Positions 31,969 to 42,705 of a DNA stretch of 64,000 nucleotides are shown here, piece by piece. The stretch is from an uncultured delta proteobacterium. GTDB lineage: Bacteria > Desulfobacterota > Desulfomonilia > Desulfomonilales > Desulfomonilaceae. The notes under the pieces were generated by a model, which made no database searches, had not been told where the DNA came from, and saw nothing but the letters and a program-made list of their open reading frames with translations. The translations under genes and the position numbers were made by a program. Each line of letters begins with the position of its first letter. Position 1 is the stretch's first letter. The DNA is taken from assembly GCA_963789265.1 (NCBI GenBank), contig CAWBKB010000003.1, positions 320,001-384,000 of the forward strand. The letters run 5' to 3'.

Positions 31969-32799
31969 ATGGATCTCAACACGGTTTCTGATCTAGCTCG
32001 TCCCTTGACCAGGGATGAAATACCCAACTGGTGCGACGGGGACGCCTGGCTTGGGGGCGGAACGTGGCTTTTCTCTGAACCGCAGCCTGAAGTGCGTCGA
32101 CTCGTCGATTTGGATGGGCTTCGCTGGGAACCGCTGCAAGTCAATGAGACAGGTCTCACAATTGCCGCCACGTGCAAAATCGCCCAGCTCTACGGCCTGG
32201 CTGTGCCCGCAGAATGGAGCGCGACGCCTCTGATCCGGCAGTGCTGCCAGTCGCTGCTGGCATCGTTCAAGATCTGGAACACTGCTACTGTGGGCGGTAA
32301 CATCTGCATGTCCCTGCCGGCCGGCGCGCTAATCTCCCTGACCGCGGCTCTCGAAGGCGTTTGCACGATCTGGCAGCGCGGCGGCGGCGAGCGCCGTGTG
32401 GGGGTCGTCGACTTCGTTACCGGCGTTAACGAGAATATACTCGAGCCGGGCGATCTGCTTCGCAGCATCGAATTGCCGGCATCTGCCCTTCAGAAGCGAA
32501 CCAGCTTTCGCCGAATGTCGCTGACTCACTTGGGCCGGTCTTCGGTGCTGCTGATCGCCACCTCGGCCCCTGCCGAAGGCAATATGACGCTGACGATCAC
32601 CGCTGCTACGGTGAGACCAGTTCAGATCGAGTTTCCCGGGATCCCCGCTGCAGATCAACTTCGAAGCAAGCTTTGCGAAGCTATCCCGGATGCTTTGTAC
32701 CTGGATGACGTTCACGGGACGCCTGCTTACCGCAAACATATGACATTCTATTTCGCCGAAGAGATCCGCAGTGAACTCTCGGCCGGGGGTGGCTCATGA
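31969..32799 (+). CDS. Xanthine dehydrogenase family FAD-binding subunit
   Basis: LGGGTWLFSEPQ, NTATVGGNIC, DDVHGTPAYR. Confidence 0.9.
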   Translation: MDLNTVSDLARPLTRDEIPNWCDGDAWLGGGTWLFSEPQPEVRRLVDLDGLRWEPLQVNETGLTIAATCKIAQLYGLAVPAEWSATPLIRQCCQSLLASFKIWNTATVGGNICMSLPAGALISLTAALEGVCTIWQRGGGERRVGVVDFVTGVNENILEPGDLLRSIELPASALQKRTSFRRMSLTHLGRSSVLLIATSAPAEGNMTLTITAATVRPVQIEFPGIPAADQLRSKLCEAIPDALYLDDVHGTPAYRKHMTFYFAEEIRSELSAGGGS

Positions 32800-35536
32800 T
32801 TTATCACATCAACGGCAGGACATTCTCCAAGGAACCGCGGCCCGGGCAGTGCCTGCGCACCTTCCTGCGCGACCTGGGGTGGCTCGGAGTCAAGAAGGGA
32901 TGCGATGCGGGCGATTGCGGAGCGTGCACAGTCTGGCTCGATGGCGTTCCCGTCCACAGTTGCCTGGTGCCGGCATTTCGCGCCGCGGGCCGACAGGTGA
33001 CGACAATCGAGGGATTGGCCGCCGATGGGGAACTCCATCCCGTGCAGCAGGCGTTTATCGATGCACAGGGTTTCCAGTGTGGTTTCTGTACGGCAGGACT
33101 AACCATGACCGCGGCCAGCCTCAGCGAGGAAGACCGCAAAGACCTGCCTCGCATGCTCAAGGGTAATCTCTGCCGCTGTACCGGATACCACTCGATCGAG
33201 GATGCAATCCGCGGGATCAAGTCGATTGAGGAACCGCAGCCGGGGGAGGCCTTCGGCAGCAGGGTCGCTGCGCCGGCATCCGCAGCAATTGTCATGGGAA
33301 AGGAGCGGTACACCCTTGATGTGCACATGGACGAACTGCTGCACCTGAAACTTCTCCGGTCACCTCACGCGCACGCGCGAATTCTGTCCATTCGCAAGGA
33401 GCGCTCCATGGCGGTGCCCGGCGTCCAAGCGGTCTTCACGTGGGAAGATGTCCCGCGGCGGCTGTTTACCCGGGCCAATCACGACGATTATCACTCCGAT
33501 CCCAACGACACGTACATTCTCGACAACGTGGTCCGTCACGTGGGTCAGAGCGTCGCGGCTGTGGTGGCGGACAGCGTGGGGGCTGCGGAAGAAGGGTGCC
33601 GCCGTCTGGAGGTGGAATATCAATTGCTGCCGGCCGTCTTCGATCCCGATGAAGCGATGAACGTCGGTGCACCTATTCTGCACGACAAGGGTGCGGAGTC
33701 CCGTATCCAGCGTCCGGGCCGAAATATCTTGCTCGAACTCCACGGCGGCGTCGGCGATGTCGAAGCCGCTTTCGCGCAGGCGGATGTCGTCCATGAAGCG
33801 ACCTATTCAACCCCCGCGCTCAGCATGCTCATCTCGAAACGCACTGCACAACCACGTGGATCGACGAAGACCAGCGCCTGAACGTCCGAACCAGCACACA
33901 GACCCCTTTTCTTACCAAGGCAAAACTTTGCTATCTATTCGGCCTCTATCCGGACAGCGTACGCGTGTTCTGCGAGCGAGTGGGCGGAGCCTTTGGCGCG
34001 AAGCAGGAAATGGTGACAGAGGATATTTGCACCCTCGCCACGATCAAGACAGGCAGGCCGGTCCGGTTGGAGTATACCAGGGAGGAGCAATTCTTCGGCG
34101 CCACGACTCGGCATCCGATGAAGATCCAAGTGAAGGTCGGAGCTAAACGCGACGGCACGCTGACCGCTCTCCAGTTACGAATCGTTTCCAACACGGGCGC
34201 CTATGGCACGCACGGCGGTTCCGTGCTCTTCCATTCCACGGGCGAATCGGTGGTGGTTTACCATTGCCCGAACAAGAAGATCGACGCCTACGCTGTTTAC
34301 ACAAACACAGTCCCTGCCGGGGCATTCCGCGGGTACGGGCTGTCGCAGACCATTTTTGCGGTCGAGTCGGCGATGGACGAACTAGCCCAGGGCTTGAACA
34401 TGGATCCCATCGAGTTCCGACATCGCAACGTCATACGTCCTGGCGATCCGATGACGTCGCTGGGCGAGGAGCCACACGACTTGGATTACGGAAGCTATGG
34501 ACTGGACCAGTGCCTCGATCTCGTACGCGACGCTCTCGCCAGAGGTAGTGAGCTATCCGACCCCGAGGGAGACGAGTGGCTTGCAGGGAAGGGTGTCGCA
34601 TTGGCAATGATTGCTTGTACGCCGCCCCTCGAGCATCGTTCCGAGGCGCGTCTCAGCCTTGAGGCGGACGGCAAGTACCGCCTGACAATCGGATCGCCGG
34701 AATTCGGCAACGGTTCAACCACGGTCCGCCACCAGATCGTCGCCACGGTTCTCGGCACTACCCTGGAGAGCGTGTTTTCAATCCAGTCGGACACCGACCG
34801 CGCGGGCTATGACACCGGGCCGTTCGGCAGCGCCGGAACCACCGTGGCCGGAAAGGCGGTGCACCAGGCGGCAGAATCGCTCCGGGACAGCATATTGGAT
34901 TTCGCAGCCCGGCATTGCGGTACCAGCCGCGATAAATGCCGGCTGGAATCGGACGCGGTGGTTTGCGATGGCACCCGAATCGGGCTGGTGGATCTTCACA
35001 ACGCGGCACGGCAGGCGGGGCAGTATCTGCGAGTCGTGCGCAAAGCCTATGGAACCCCGCGCACCGTGGGTTTCAACGTGCATGGTTTCCGGATAGCAGT
35101 CCATCGAGTTACCGGGGAAATCAAGATCCTCCAGAGCGTTCAAGCAGTCGATGCCGGCGTTGTGATCAATCCGCGGCAGCTCCTAGGGCAAGTCGAAGGC
35201 GGTATTGCCCAAGGATTGGGATGGGCCCTTTACGAAAAACTGGTTTTCGACCAGGAGGGACGAGTCGTAAACCCGACATTCAGGCAGTACCGCATACCGG
35301 CTTATGCCGACGTCCCACGCAGCGAGGTCTATTTTGCCCGGACAACGGATGTCTTCGGCCCCTTGGGTGCAAAAAGCATGAGCGAAGCGCCGATTAATCC
35401 AGTAGCCCCCGCGCTGGCTAATGCTCTGGCCGACGCCACCGGTATCCGCTTTCGTGATCTTCCCCTGGCACCCGATCGCATTTACCGGGTCATCTTCGAG
35501 AACCACCCACCGCCCCGCGACGGTGAGCACGATTAA
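32796..35536 (+). CDS. Xanthine dehydrogenase family fused [2Fe-2S] + molybdopterin subunit; frameshift near 33810
   Basis: GCDAGDCGAC, QCGFC, NLCRCTGY; GGAFGAKQ, AFRGYG, GAKSMSE; adding one C to the C-run joins the ORFs (..STPRAQHAHLETH..). Confidence 0.88.
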
Positions 35537-35724
35537 CCGACATAGCCTCGCGCCTGATGGGTAAGCCACGGAACGCGGGCGAGACGACGAAACGGCCGTC
35601 CCGGCATCACATCGCTATGGCCGATGAAGCCCTCGGCGTTAAGCAGAAGAAGGTCTGCTGCCGCCGATGGGTTCCGTTATGTGATGAGGACAGCCTGCAG
35701 TCAGTTGTTCCGGCGTTCCGCTCA

Positions 35725-36168
35725 TCAGGTCGTTGGCTGGACCCCATAACGTTCCAGCATGCTCTTCCCATGCAACAATACGAAAAAAGCTTTTCCTTGA
35801 TTGCGCCAGAACTCGCTAGATTCCTTGAAGATATCAAGGGCGATTTCGAATTCACGTGGCGAACCCTCCGCCAGGGAGTCAAAATGATCGTAAAGGATCA
35901 CGAATCCACCTGTTTCATGCCATGACATGTCGGTGAGACAGTCTGCAAACGCGTCCCAGTTGTTCCCGAAGTATTCAGGGAAGCGAAGAACCAGCGCGGT
36001 TTGTTGCAAGAATTGATCCTTGTCTCTAACATCTTGGCCTTCAATGTGGAAAAATGCCAAACCTCGTTCTCTGCTGATTTTTTCAAGGTGTGTCACCGAT
36101 GGCGATTCTTGCAGCAGATAGACTCCTGATGTTGCGGGATCTTTGAGCATATCGCAAAGCTTGTTCAA
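35725..36168 (-). CDS. Barstar family ribonuclease inhibitor
   Basis: LRFPEYFGNNWDAFADCLTD. Confidence 0.92.
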   Translation of the reverse strand: MNKLCDMLKDPATSGVYLLQESPSVTHLEKISRERGLAFFHIEGQDVRDKDQFLQQTALVLRFPEYFGNNWDAFADCLTDMSWHETGGFVILYDHFDSLAEGSPREFEIALDIFKESSEFWRNQGKAFFVLLHGKSMLERYGVQPTT

Positions 36169-36171
36169 TGC

Positions 36172-36591
36172 TTACTCCTTGATCGGCTTGAATGTCCTGT
36201 AATGATCATCGGTATAGTAGAATTCGCCCCTTGATCCGGCAATGATCCGACGAGCACCCCTGTCCCGTCTACCGGGAGTTTTCACGGTGTATTCCCGGTA
36301 GTATCCTCGCCTGTGCGGAGGGAGCCGCCTCTCCCGATTGCTGAAAGTAATACCGTCCCTGGGATAAGGGAAAGGGCCGCCTTGTTTGATGAGAGTGAGA
36401 GTGTGCCTGGCTTCAGGAGGCAGGCTGGATATCGAGACGGTCGGCAATCCCCCGAGGTGGGTCTGATCACGGCTCACGGAATAAGCCGGCAAGGAATGGC
36501 TCATGCCACTGTCAGCTTGGGAGACCCCCCAGAGCCCTAGTCCAAGCAACAGGGAAATAAGGAAAATGAATCGTTTGGGAAGACCGAGCAT
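36172..36591 (-). CDS. Secreted guanyl-specific ribonuclease (RNase Sa/barnase family)
   Basis: Signal peptide; GGPFPYPRDG..F.NRE..LP..YYREYTV..RGARRI..YYTDDHY. Confidence 0.93.
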   Translation of the reverse strand: MLGLPKRFIFLISLLLGLGLWGVSQADSGMSHSLPAYSVSRDQTHLGGLPTVSISSLPPEARHTLTLIKQGGPFPYPRDGITFSNRERRLPPHRRGYYREYTVKTPGRRDRGARRIIAGSRGEFYYTDDHYRTFKPIKE

Positions 36592-37200
36592 TGTGTGTCC
36601 TTTGGCCCGTCCCGGCCTGTATGCGCATTTGATTTGCGTTTGTTTAGGCTCCACTCTTGATCGAGGACGATCTTAATGTGAAACCGGGCTCATTCTCATT
36701 ACCGCACTGCCAACCAAGGTCCCACGCCAATCATGTCTCATCTGACCCTATTTCGGCTGGGAGCCCTCGGCCAAGTCTCCTATTAAATAACAGAACTCTC
36801 CTTCAAAAGTGAATATTTCCATGAGTGTGTACCTGTCGGCTCCTTGAAGCCTTGTGGACCGGCTCGCGTCTTCTTCGCCCGAGTCCCGAAGGAGCTCAGT
36901 GACACCAGGGTTTAGGTCGGTTAAGATAGTGGACACGGCCGTGACTACTGTTCCTGGTTCAACCGGGACGGATTGACGAGCCCACGTGTCGTCGGATCCT
37001 GACACGGGCTGGATAGGATTTTGTGAACCGACCGATGCAAAAGGGGCTGAGAGTTTTTCTCGTTATCATTTCGAAAGGAGTGAAATCGTCTATGGGATAA
37101 GTTCAGACCGCTTGGAAAAACGAGGCAGCATTAGCATGGCCCTGCGAAAAGGAGGTCTTCAACGAAATGTCAACATCTAGTAGATGAGGTCGATGGCATC

Positions 37201-38261
37201 ATGAAAAAAGGGCGGCACGGAGGAGATCTCGAGTACTATGCAAGCATGAGCGGCATGCGAAGCGGGGAGATACTGGATTTCTCGGCGAACATAAACCCGC
37301 TCGGCACACCGGAGTGGTTTGACGATGTGGTGAATTCGGCCCTGAAATCTGTACTCCATTATCCCGATCCGCGGTACGCGAAGTTAGTCTCAGCCATCGC
37401 CACCCGGTACAATGTGGAAATAGATCAGGTAGTTGTGGGAAACGGCTCCACGGAAATTCTCTACCTCCTCCCGAGAGCGTTGAATCCGCTACGGGCGCTG
37501 ATTCCAGTTCCTGCCTACGTTGATTACAAGACGAGCGCCGTGGCAGCGGGACTTGAGGTCCTGCCAATTACCTTGGAGGAAGATGATTCTTTTATGCTCG
37601 ACCCTGCCAGGCTTGAATCTGCGCTTCACGGGGGGGAACTCGTTTATCTTTGCCTACCGAACAATCCAACGGGTCTCCTGTTTGATACCGATGCCCTCAG
37701 AGCAGTTGGCGCGAGGCATCCAACTACAATGTTCATGGTGGATGAAGCTTACGGAGACTTTGTGGAGGGGATGCCCTCCTTCACGAAGGATCGACCTCAT
37801 AATGTCGTCGTCCTGCTCTCTTTGACAAAGAACTTCGCTATTCCAGGACTGCGCCTGGGTTGTGGAATCGGTGACCGACAATTGGCGGATCGGATCAAGA
37901 AAATACAACCCCCCTGGACAGTCAATGCCATGCCCAGGCCGTGGGAGAGGCAGCGTTGCAAGACAAGGATTGGACTGAACGAAGCCGGGTGTACCTGAAA
38001 AATCAGCGGGAGAAGATGGTTTCGCTTCTCAGATCCGTACCATCCCTGACTGTGTATCCCGGCGAGGCCAACTTCCTTCTGATCCGCATCGATCGCTCGG
38101 ATATTGACGCAGAAACACTTTGGCGGCGAATGCTGCACCAGAACATAGCGATCCGGGTCTGTTCCAATTTTGATGGATTGGACAACCGTTTCTTTCGCAT
38201 TGCGGTGAGGACCGAGCAAGAGAACCGGCAAATGCTGAAATCTCTTGAGGCGGCTATGTAG
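37201..38261 (+). CDS. cobD: Threonine-phosphate decarboxylase; frameshift near 37932
   Basis: HGG, DFSANINPLG, PNNPTG, VDEAY, SLTKNFAIPGLRLG; C-terminus ANFLL..FRIAVR is in the next frame. Confidence 0.88.
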
Positions 38262-38276
38262 GAAAGGGGTTAGCGG

Positions 38277-39668
38277 CTAATCGGAACATATATAGTCGTC
38301 AATCCGCAAGCGGGAAACAATAAAGGGTCGCTTACCGCTGTTGATCACAGGCACGTCCTCCACCTCTTCGATCAAAATTTTCATGTCCGGAGATTGCAAG
38401 CACTTGCGGATTTCGTTGACCAGGAATCTCTTCTTATCAACGGGAAACTGCTTCCACGGCACTATATTCACGACCAAAGTCTTGAGATCTTCCTGAATGA
38501 TCTGTACGGCATTTAAACCCTCAATGTGACGAAAGGGGTGAGTCATTGACGATACCGATACAAATCGCCTCTCAGGTGTGACCACGATGTCACCCTGTCG
38601 TCCTTCAATTCCCGATAGAACAGGGTGATTCCTGCCGCAACAAGACGACTTCGCCTCGCCCGCTGCCAAGTCTCCAGTTCGGTACCTTATAAACGGCATG
38701 GCGAAATTATGGAGAGAGGTCCCCACGATCTCAAATTCACCCGGTTCAGCGGGTATCAGTTCCACCACATTCTGTTCCATTTGAATGTGGTAACCTTGAG
38801 CCTTTGCGCACTGAAAAGCCTCGGCGACCAATTCTTTTTGCCCGTAATGGGCGATCACCGGAACGTCAAGCACTTTCTCGGCTAATTCCTTGATGTCGGG
38901 ATAAAGCGCTTCGGAAGAAGTTATGACATATTTTAGCGGCGGGATGCTCTTGTTGTTGGCCTCCATCCATCGAGTGAGGATGTAGAGCGAGGACGGAAAG
39001 GCTTGGAGAAACGCGGGCTTGAATTTTTGAAGCGTCACCACGATTCGTTCAAGTGCCTGGCGGGCGACACTTCGAGCACTGAGTTTTAGGATTCTCGAGG
39101 TGGGGGAATAGCTGTAATCTTGATCTGAGTTGGCAAAAATGTCCGACTTGAATTGGGCGATTACATCCTTGGGCTCGTAGCCGAGCCAATAAAGATGGCG
39201 TCTCAGAAGAGCCCTTTCAAAGGCACGTGCTTCGGTGCTTATCAGGAAATCAAGTGGCGCTCCCGTCGAACCGCTTGTCTCCACTAGTTCTCTCCGCGCC
39301 TGTCCGATATTAACGGCCAAAAGGTCTCGTTTCCTTTCCCGCACTATCTCCTTTGTAAGAAAAGGGAGCTTTTGGAGGTCCTGAACCGTCACAATGTCTT
39401 GTGGAGTGAGAGAAGCCTTTCGGAATACCTCTCGATAATACGGTACGTTTTCATAGCAATGGTGGATCAATTTCCTCAGCCGCCATTCTTGGTAGCTTTC
39501 AAGACTTTGTAAATCCCACTCATTGCTGTACCGAAATAGAGCTAAAGCCTCCCTGTAGGCCCTGCCGTAGCGCATTGAAGGCGGGAGCAGCCGATACGTG
39601 GCTTTGGAGAAATCTTCCCAACGCGCGGGCATGATCCGCAGCATTTTTTTCAGATAACCTCTAATCAT
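38277..39668 (-). CDS. Phenylacetate--CoA ligase family (CapK-like) adenylate-forming protein
   Basis: LPFLTK, TSGSTG, YGQKE, MPFIRYRTGD, SGK. Confidence 0.85.
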   Translation of the reverse strand: MIRGYLKKMLRIMPARWEDFSKATYRLLPPSMRYGRAYREALALFRYSNEWDLQSLESYQEWRLRKLIHHCYENVPYYREVFRKASLTPQDIVTVQDLQKLPFLTKEIVRERKRDLLAVNIGQARRELVETSGSTGAPLDFLISTEARAFERALLRRHLYWLGYEPKDVIAQFKSDIFANSDQDYSYSPTSRILKLSARSVARQALERIVVTLQKFKPAFLQAFPSSLYILTRWMEANNKSIPPLKYVITSSEALYPDIKELAEKVLDVPVIAHYGQKELVAEAFQCAKAQGYHIQMEQNVVELIPAEPGEFEIVGTSLHNFAMPFIRYRTGDLAAGEAKSSCCGRNHPVLSGIEGRQGDIVVTPERRFVSVSSMTHPFRHIEGLNAVQIIQEDLKTLVVNIVPWKQFPVDKKRFLVNEIRKCLQSPDMKILIEEVEDVPVINSGKRPFIVSRLRIDDYICSD

Positions 39669-39878
39669 GCCTCACCCCTGTGGCCACTTTAATAGTTATA
39701 CCTAACCGGCGGCCTGTCAAGGCGAACACAGTAACCTTATCGGAAGGACAAGACGGGTTTGGTGTTTCTTGTAGCAATTGCTCCGGCGACCGGGATTTAT
39801 CACATGATAATAATGGGTTATCATGCCGGGACGGACTCTGTCTCCACGGCCAACAGTGTCCATCCGGGACCGAGCTTC

Positions 39879-41301
39879 TCACAACGAAGAGATTTCCAGC
39901 GTCGTAGAAGTCCCGGCGTCCCATCCATCCCATAGAAAGGCGTTTTCCCTCCCGTCGGCAATGAGCCGCATAGCGTACCGGACCTGCTCCTCGTACAATT
40001 CACAAAAAGCCCCGGGTTTGTTCATCCCTCCATTCATTTCATAGGCTTCCGCAGGACATGGGGAACCGCAAAAATGCCGTACCGCGCAAGCAGAACACGG
40101 CGTGATCTCTTCTACTTTCCTGCCGGTGACAGCCCTGAAAGCGTCTGTTTCCAAAACTTCGGATATATTGTCTCGGAAAAGATTCCCTCCCTTGAACCCC
40201 GGTAATCCCACGAACTCACTGCACGGGAACAGATCTCCTCTCGCTCCTACTGCGAAGAAACATCTTCCCCCGCCACATGGCGAAATGTCGCACATCAGAC
40301 GCCGAGCCAGAGGCGCGACTATGCTGATTAGAACATTGGCGAAATTGGCTATCACCAGTTTCCGCCCGGTCCGTTGATAAAGTTCATAGGTTCGATCAAG
40401 GGCCTTGAAATAAGTAGTAGCTAATTCAGCGTCCCTTGGCTTGATGTCTCGAGCCCCTTGTCTCGTGCATCTCACGGGGTTGAGCATCCCCATTGGAACT
40501 TCCATTTCGTGAAGGAAGTTTACGATGTCGGTTAAGGATTCCATGTTCTGGGTCGTGACTGTACAGATCACATTGTAATTCGAGTAGCCCTTCAACCTCT
40601 CAAGCGTGACGACTACCTTCTTGAAGAATCCTTCACCCGCCCAATTCTTCCTCGTCCGGTTTGCTATACTCTCTTCATGACCGTCCAGCGAAAGCCCTAT
40701 CCCTATATTCCGAGAGACGAGGAACTCGATAGACTCGGCGTCTAGGAGCGTACCGTTGGTTCTGGATGCCGAAACTGAAATCATCTATGTATTTCGTGAT
40801 ACCGGCAAAGAGTGCATCGCGGGCAAGCATAGGTTCTGAACCGTGGAAAACCACCTGGGGAAGCCTTCCTTCAGGCAAAGTGGTTCCGAAGTATTCCTTG
40901 AGGATGCCTAGTGCTGTGATAAGTTCTTCCTCAGACATTTGACCGCCGTTTCGGCGCATGTCTTCCGGGATATAGCAATATGAGCAGTTGAGGTTGCATC
41001 GTTCCGTGGGATTGAAATAAACCGCGGAAGGTTTTAGGCCGAACCGAAGCAATTCCATTTCTCGTGTAAAGTCCTCTCGTTTCTTGCCAAACTCCTGCAG
41101 TAGAGAGCTGGACCTGTCAAGGGCTTCGCTGATCTTCTCCTTTTTCAGGAGAGACCAAAACGCGGTGTCGGGATCCACGAGGGCAACGTAGTTCGGGTGT
41201 TCGATGTCGATGAGTTGGATGGTAGGCCCATTGCCTGAGTTGAAATAATGACCGCGGGATGAGGCCAATGTGGCCTCCGCTTTGCTTATGTCCATGAACA
41301 T
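39879..41301 (-). CDS. cbpB: Peptide-modifying radical SAM enzyme CbpB; +1 frameshift near 40761
   Basis: NPTERCNLNCSYC, FHGSEP, Q-TNGTLL across the shift, SPASM MCDISPCGGGRC..CSEF..CSAC..CGSPCPAE; follows a cbpA-type peptide. Confidence 0.85.
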
Positions 41302-41381
41302 GTCTCCTACAAAAAGATTGTTTACTCTTCCTATGGGCGGGGGTGATGGATTGCTCCATACCCCCGCCGGGGCTGAGAGGT

Positions 41382-41471
41382 TTACTTGGCCTTGGCCACC
41401 GTGAGAATGTAGTGAGACAACCCGGTTCCATCGGCCGCGCAGGTCTTGCGATAGGCTATGATGTCCTTCAC
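41382..41471 (-). CDS. cbpA: Peptide precursor CbpA, MKDIIAYRKTCAADGTGLSHYILTVAKAK (absent from the ORF track)
   Basis: Translated by hand; GTG start after AAGGAGGT; RKxCxxxGTGLSHYIL signature. Confidence 0.88.
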   Translation of the reverse strand: MKDIIAYRKTCAADGTGLSHYILTVAKAK

Positions 41472-41497
41472 TTCTTCATCACCTCCTTTCTTCGCTG

Positions 41498-41537
41498 CGA
41501 AATAAAAAAACCCTGACACCCAAAAGGTGCAGGGTTC
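41498..41537 (-). terminator. Intrinsic terminator of the riboswitch expression platform
   Basis: Minus strand AACCCTGCACC-loop-GGTGTCAGGGTT then a U-run, between aptamer and RBS. Confidence 0.75.
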
Positions 41538-41564
41538 TACTTTTGCCATTCGACTTACCCTAGC

Positions 41565-41710
41565 CTAAACGCCCGTCTTCTGGCTTTCGGGTTATCCTCC
41601 GCCTGCCCTTCCCATCCGGTTTAGACCGGACAGTGGCTATGCAGGCTTCGTAACCGATTACAGCGGCGGGACCGCCACGGATTTACACCGTGTTCCGATA
41701 GCGTCCAGAC
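41565..41710 (-). promoter_or_regulatory. Cobalamin riboswitch
   Basis: Minus strand GGAA..GGTG.AAATCC..CGGTCCCGCCGCTGTAA..GCCACTG..GGGAAG..AGCCAGAAGAC (B12 box). Confidence 0.92.
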
Positions 41711-41771
41711 TTTGTGCTGCATATTTAGCATTAAGCCGGTTCGGGCTGTCAAGGAAAAAGTCGCCCGCGAG

Positions 41772-41916
41772 GTAATCCCTTAGTTATGGGCGGTAAAAGA
41801 ATGTCATTGCGAGCGGAGCGAAGCAATCTTTTCTTCTAACTACCTAGATTGCTTAGTCGTTTCACTCCTCGCAATGACAGGGAACTGACTTTTGCCCCGC
41901 GTAACTGAATGGTTAC
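41772..41916. mobile_element. MITE with GTAA...TTAC ends and an 8-bp flanking duplication, enclosing a GTCATTGCGAG palindrome
   Basis: CCCGCGAG at 41764-41771 and 41917-41924; imperfect TIRs; inner palindrome recurs at 51240-51325. Confidence 0.65.
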
Positions 41917-42006
41917 CCCGCGAGGACCATCGGGTTGGGTTGGCTTCCGTTGCGGCTCTCTCGCCGAGAAATTATTATTATAGAGCAAGTCTGAAAGGTG
42001 AATTAC

Positions 42007-42696
42007 ATGTCATCAGAGATTTCGACGCGGCGAATCGTAGTCCAGTCAGTGATTTGGTTCGGGTTTATGTTCGTTTGTCTGTTTGGGTGTGCGGGGACTT
42101 TCATCTGGCCTGAAGCCTGGTTTTACATCTTCATACAGACCTCGTCCTCCGCAGTCATGGTCGTTTGGCTCAGGAAACACAACCCCGAACTTCTAAAGGT
42201 GCGTATGGAGCTATGGAAACGAATGGCAAAACCCTGGGACAAAGCCATCGTGGTACTTTTTATTGCTGATTCCATACCTCTGTTTGTCCTTCCCGGCTTG
42301 GACGCTATAAGATACCAGTGGTCGCACGTGCCGCTACCAATCAAAATACTTGGATTTGCCGTAATGCTCGTCTCATCCGGTTTGATTTTTTGGGTATTAA
42401 AGACGAATCCTTATTCCTCGGCAGCCGTCGAAGTCCAAAGAGAACGCGGTCACAAGCCAATCACAACGGGACCCTACCGATTCGTCCGCCACCCAATGTA
42501 CGTGGGCGCCATATTGTGGTTTATTTCTACCCCCTTGGCTCTTGGTTCTCTCATCACACTCATACCCGCCACAATTCTTGCCGCGTTGATCGTGCTGCGG
42601 ACCTACCTGGAAGACAAAACTTTGCATGAGGAACTGGAGGGTTATGCGGCTTATACGCAAACGGTGAAGTACCGGCTGATACCGGGCATCTGGTAG
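42007..42696 (+). CDS. Isoprenylcysteine carboxyl methyltransferase family membrane protein
   Basis: TGPYRFVRHPMYVG, EDKTL, Y..VKYRLIPGIW. Confidence 0.9.
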   Translation: MSSEISTRRIVVQSVIWFGFMFVCLFGCAGTFIWPEAWFYIFIQTSSSAVMVVWLRKHNPELLKVRMELWKRMAKPWDKAIVVLFIADSIPLFVLPGLDAIRYQWSHVPLPIKILGFAVMLVSSGLIFWVLKTNPYSSAAVEVQRERGHKPITTGPYRFVRHPMYVGAILWFISTPLALGSLITLIPATILAALIVLRTYLEDKTLHEELEGYAAYTQTVKYRLIPGIW

Positions 42697-42705
42697 TTTA
42701 TGGAG

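Noticed and set aside
36748..37005. 85-aa ORF upstream of the RNase
   Set aside because: No clear RBS or motif; cannot support a call.
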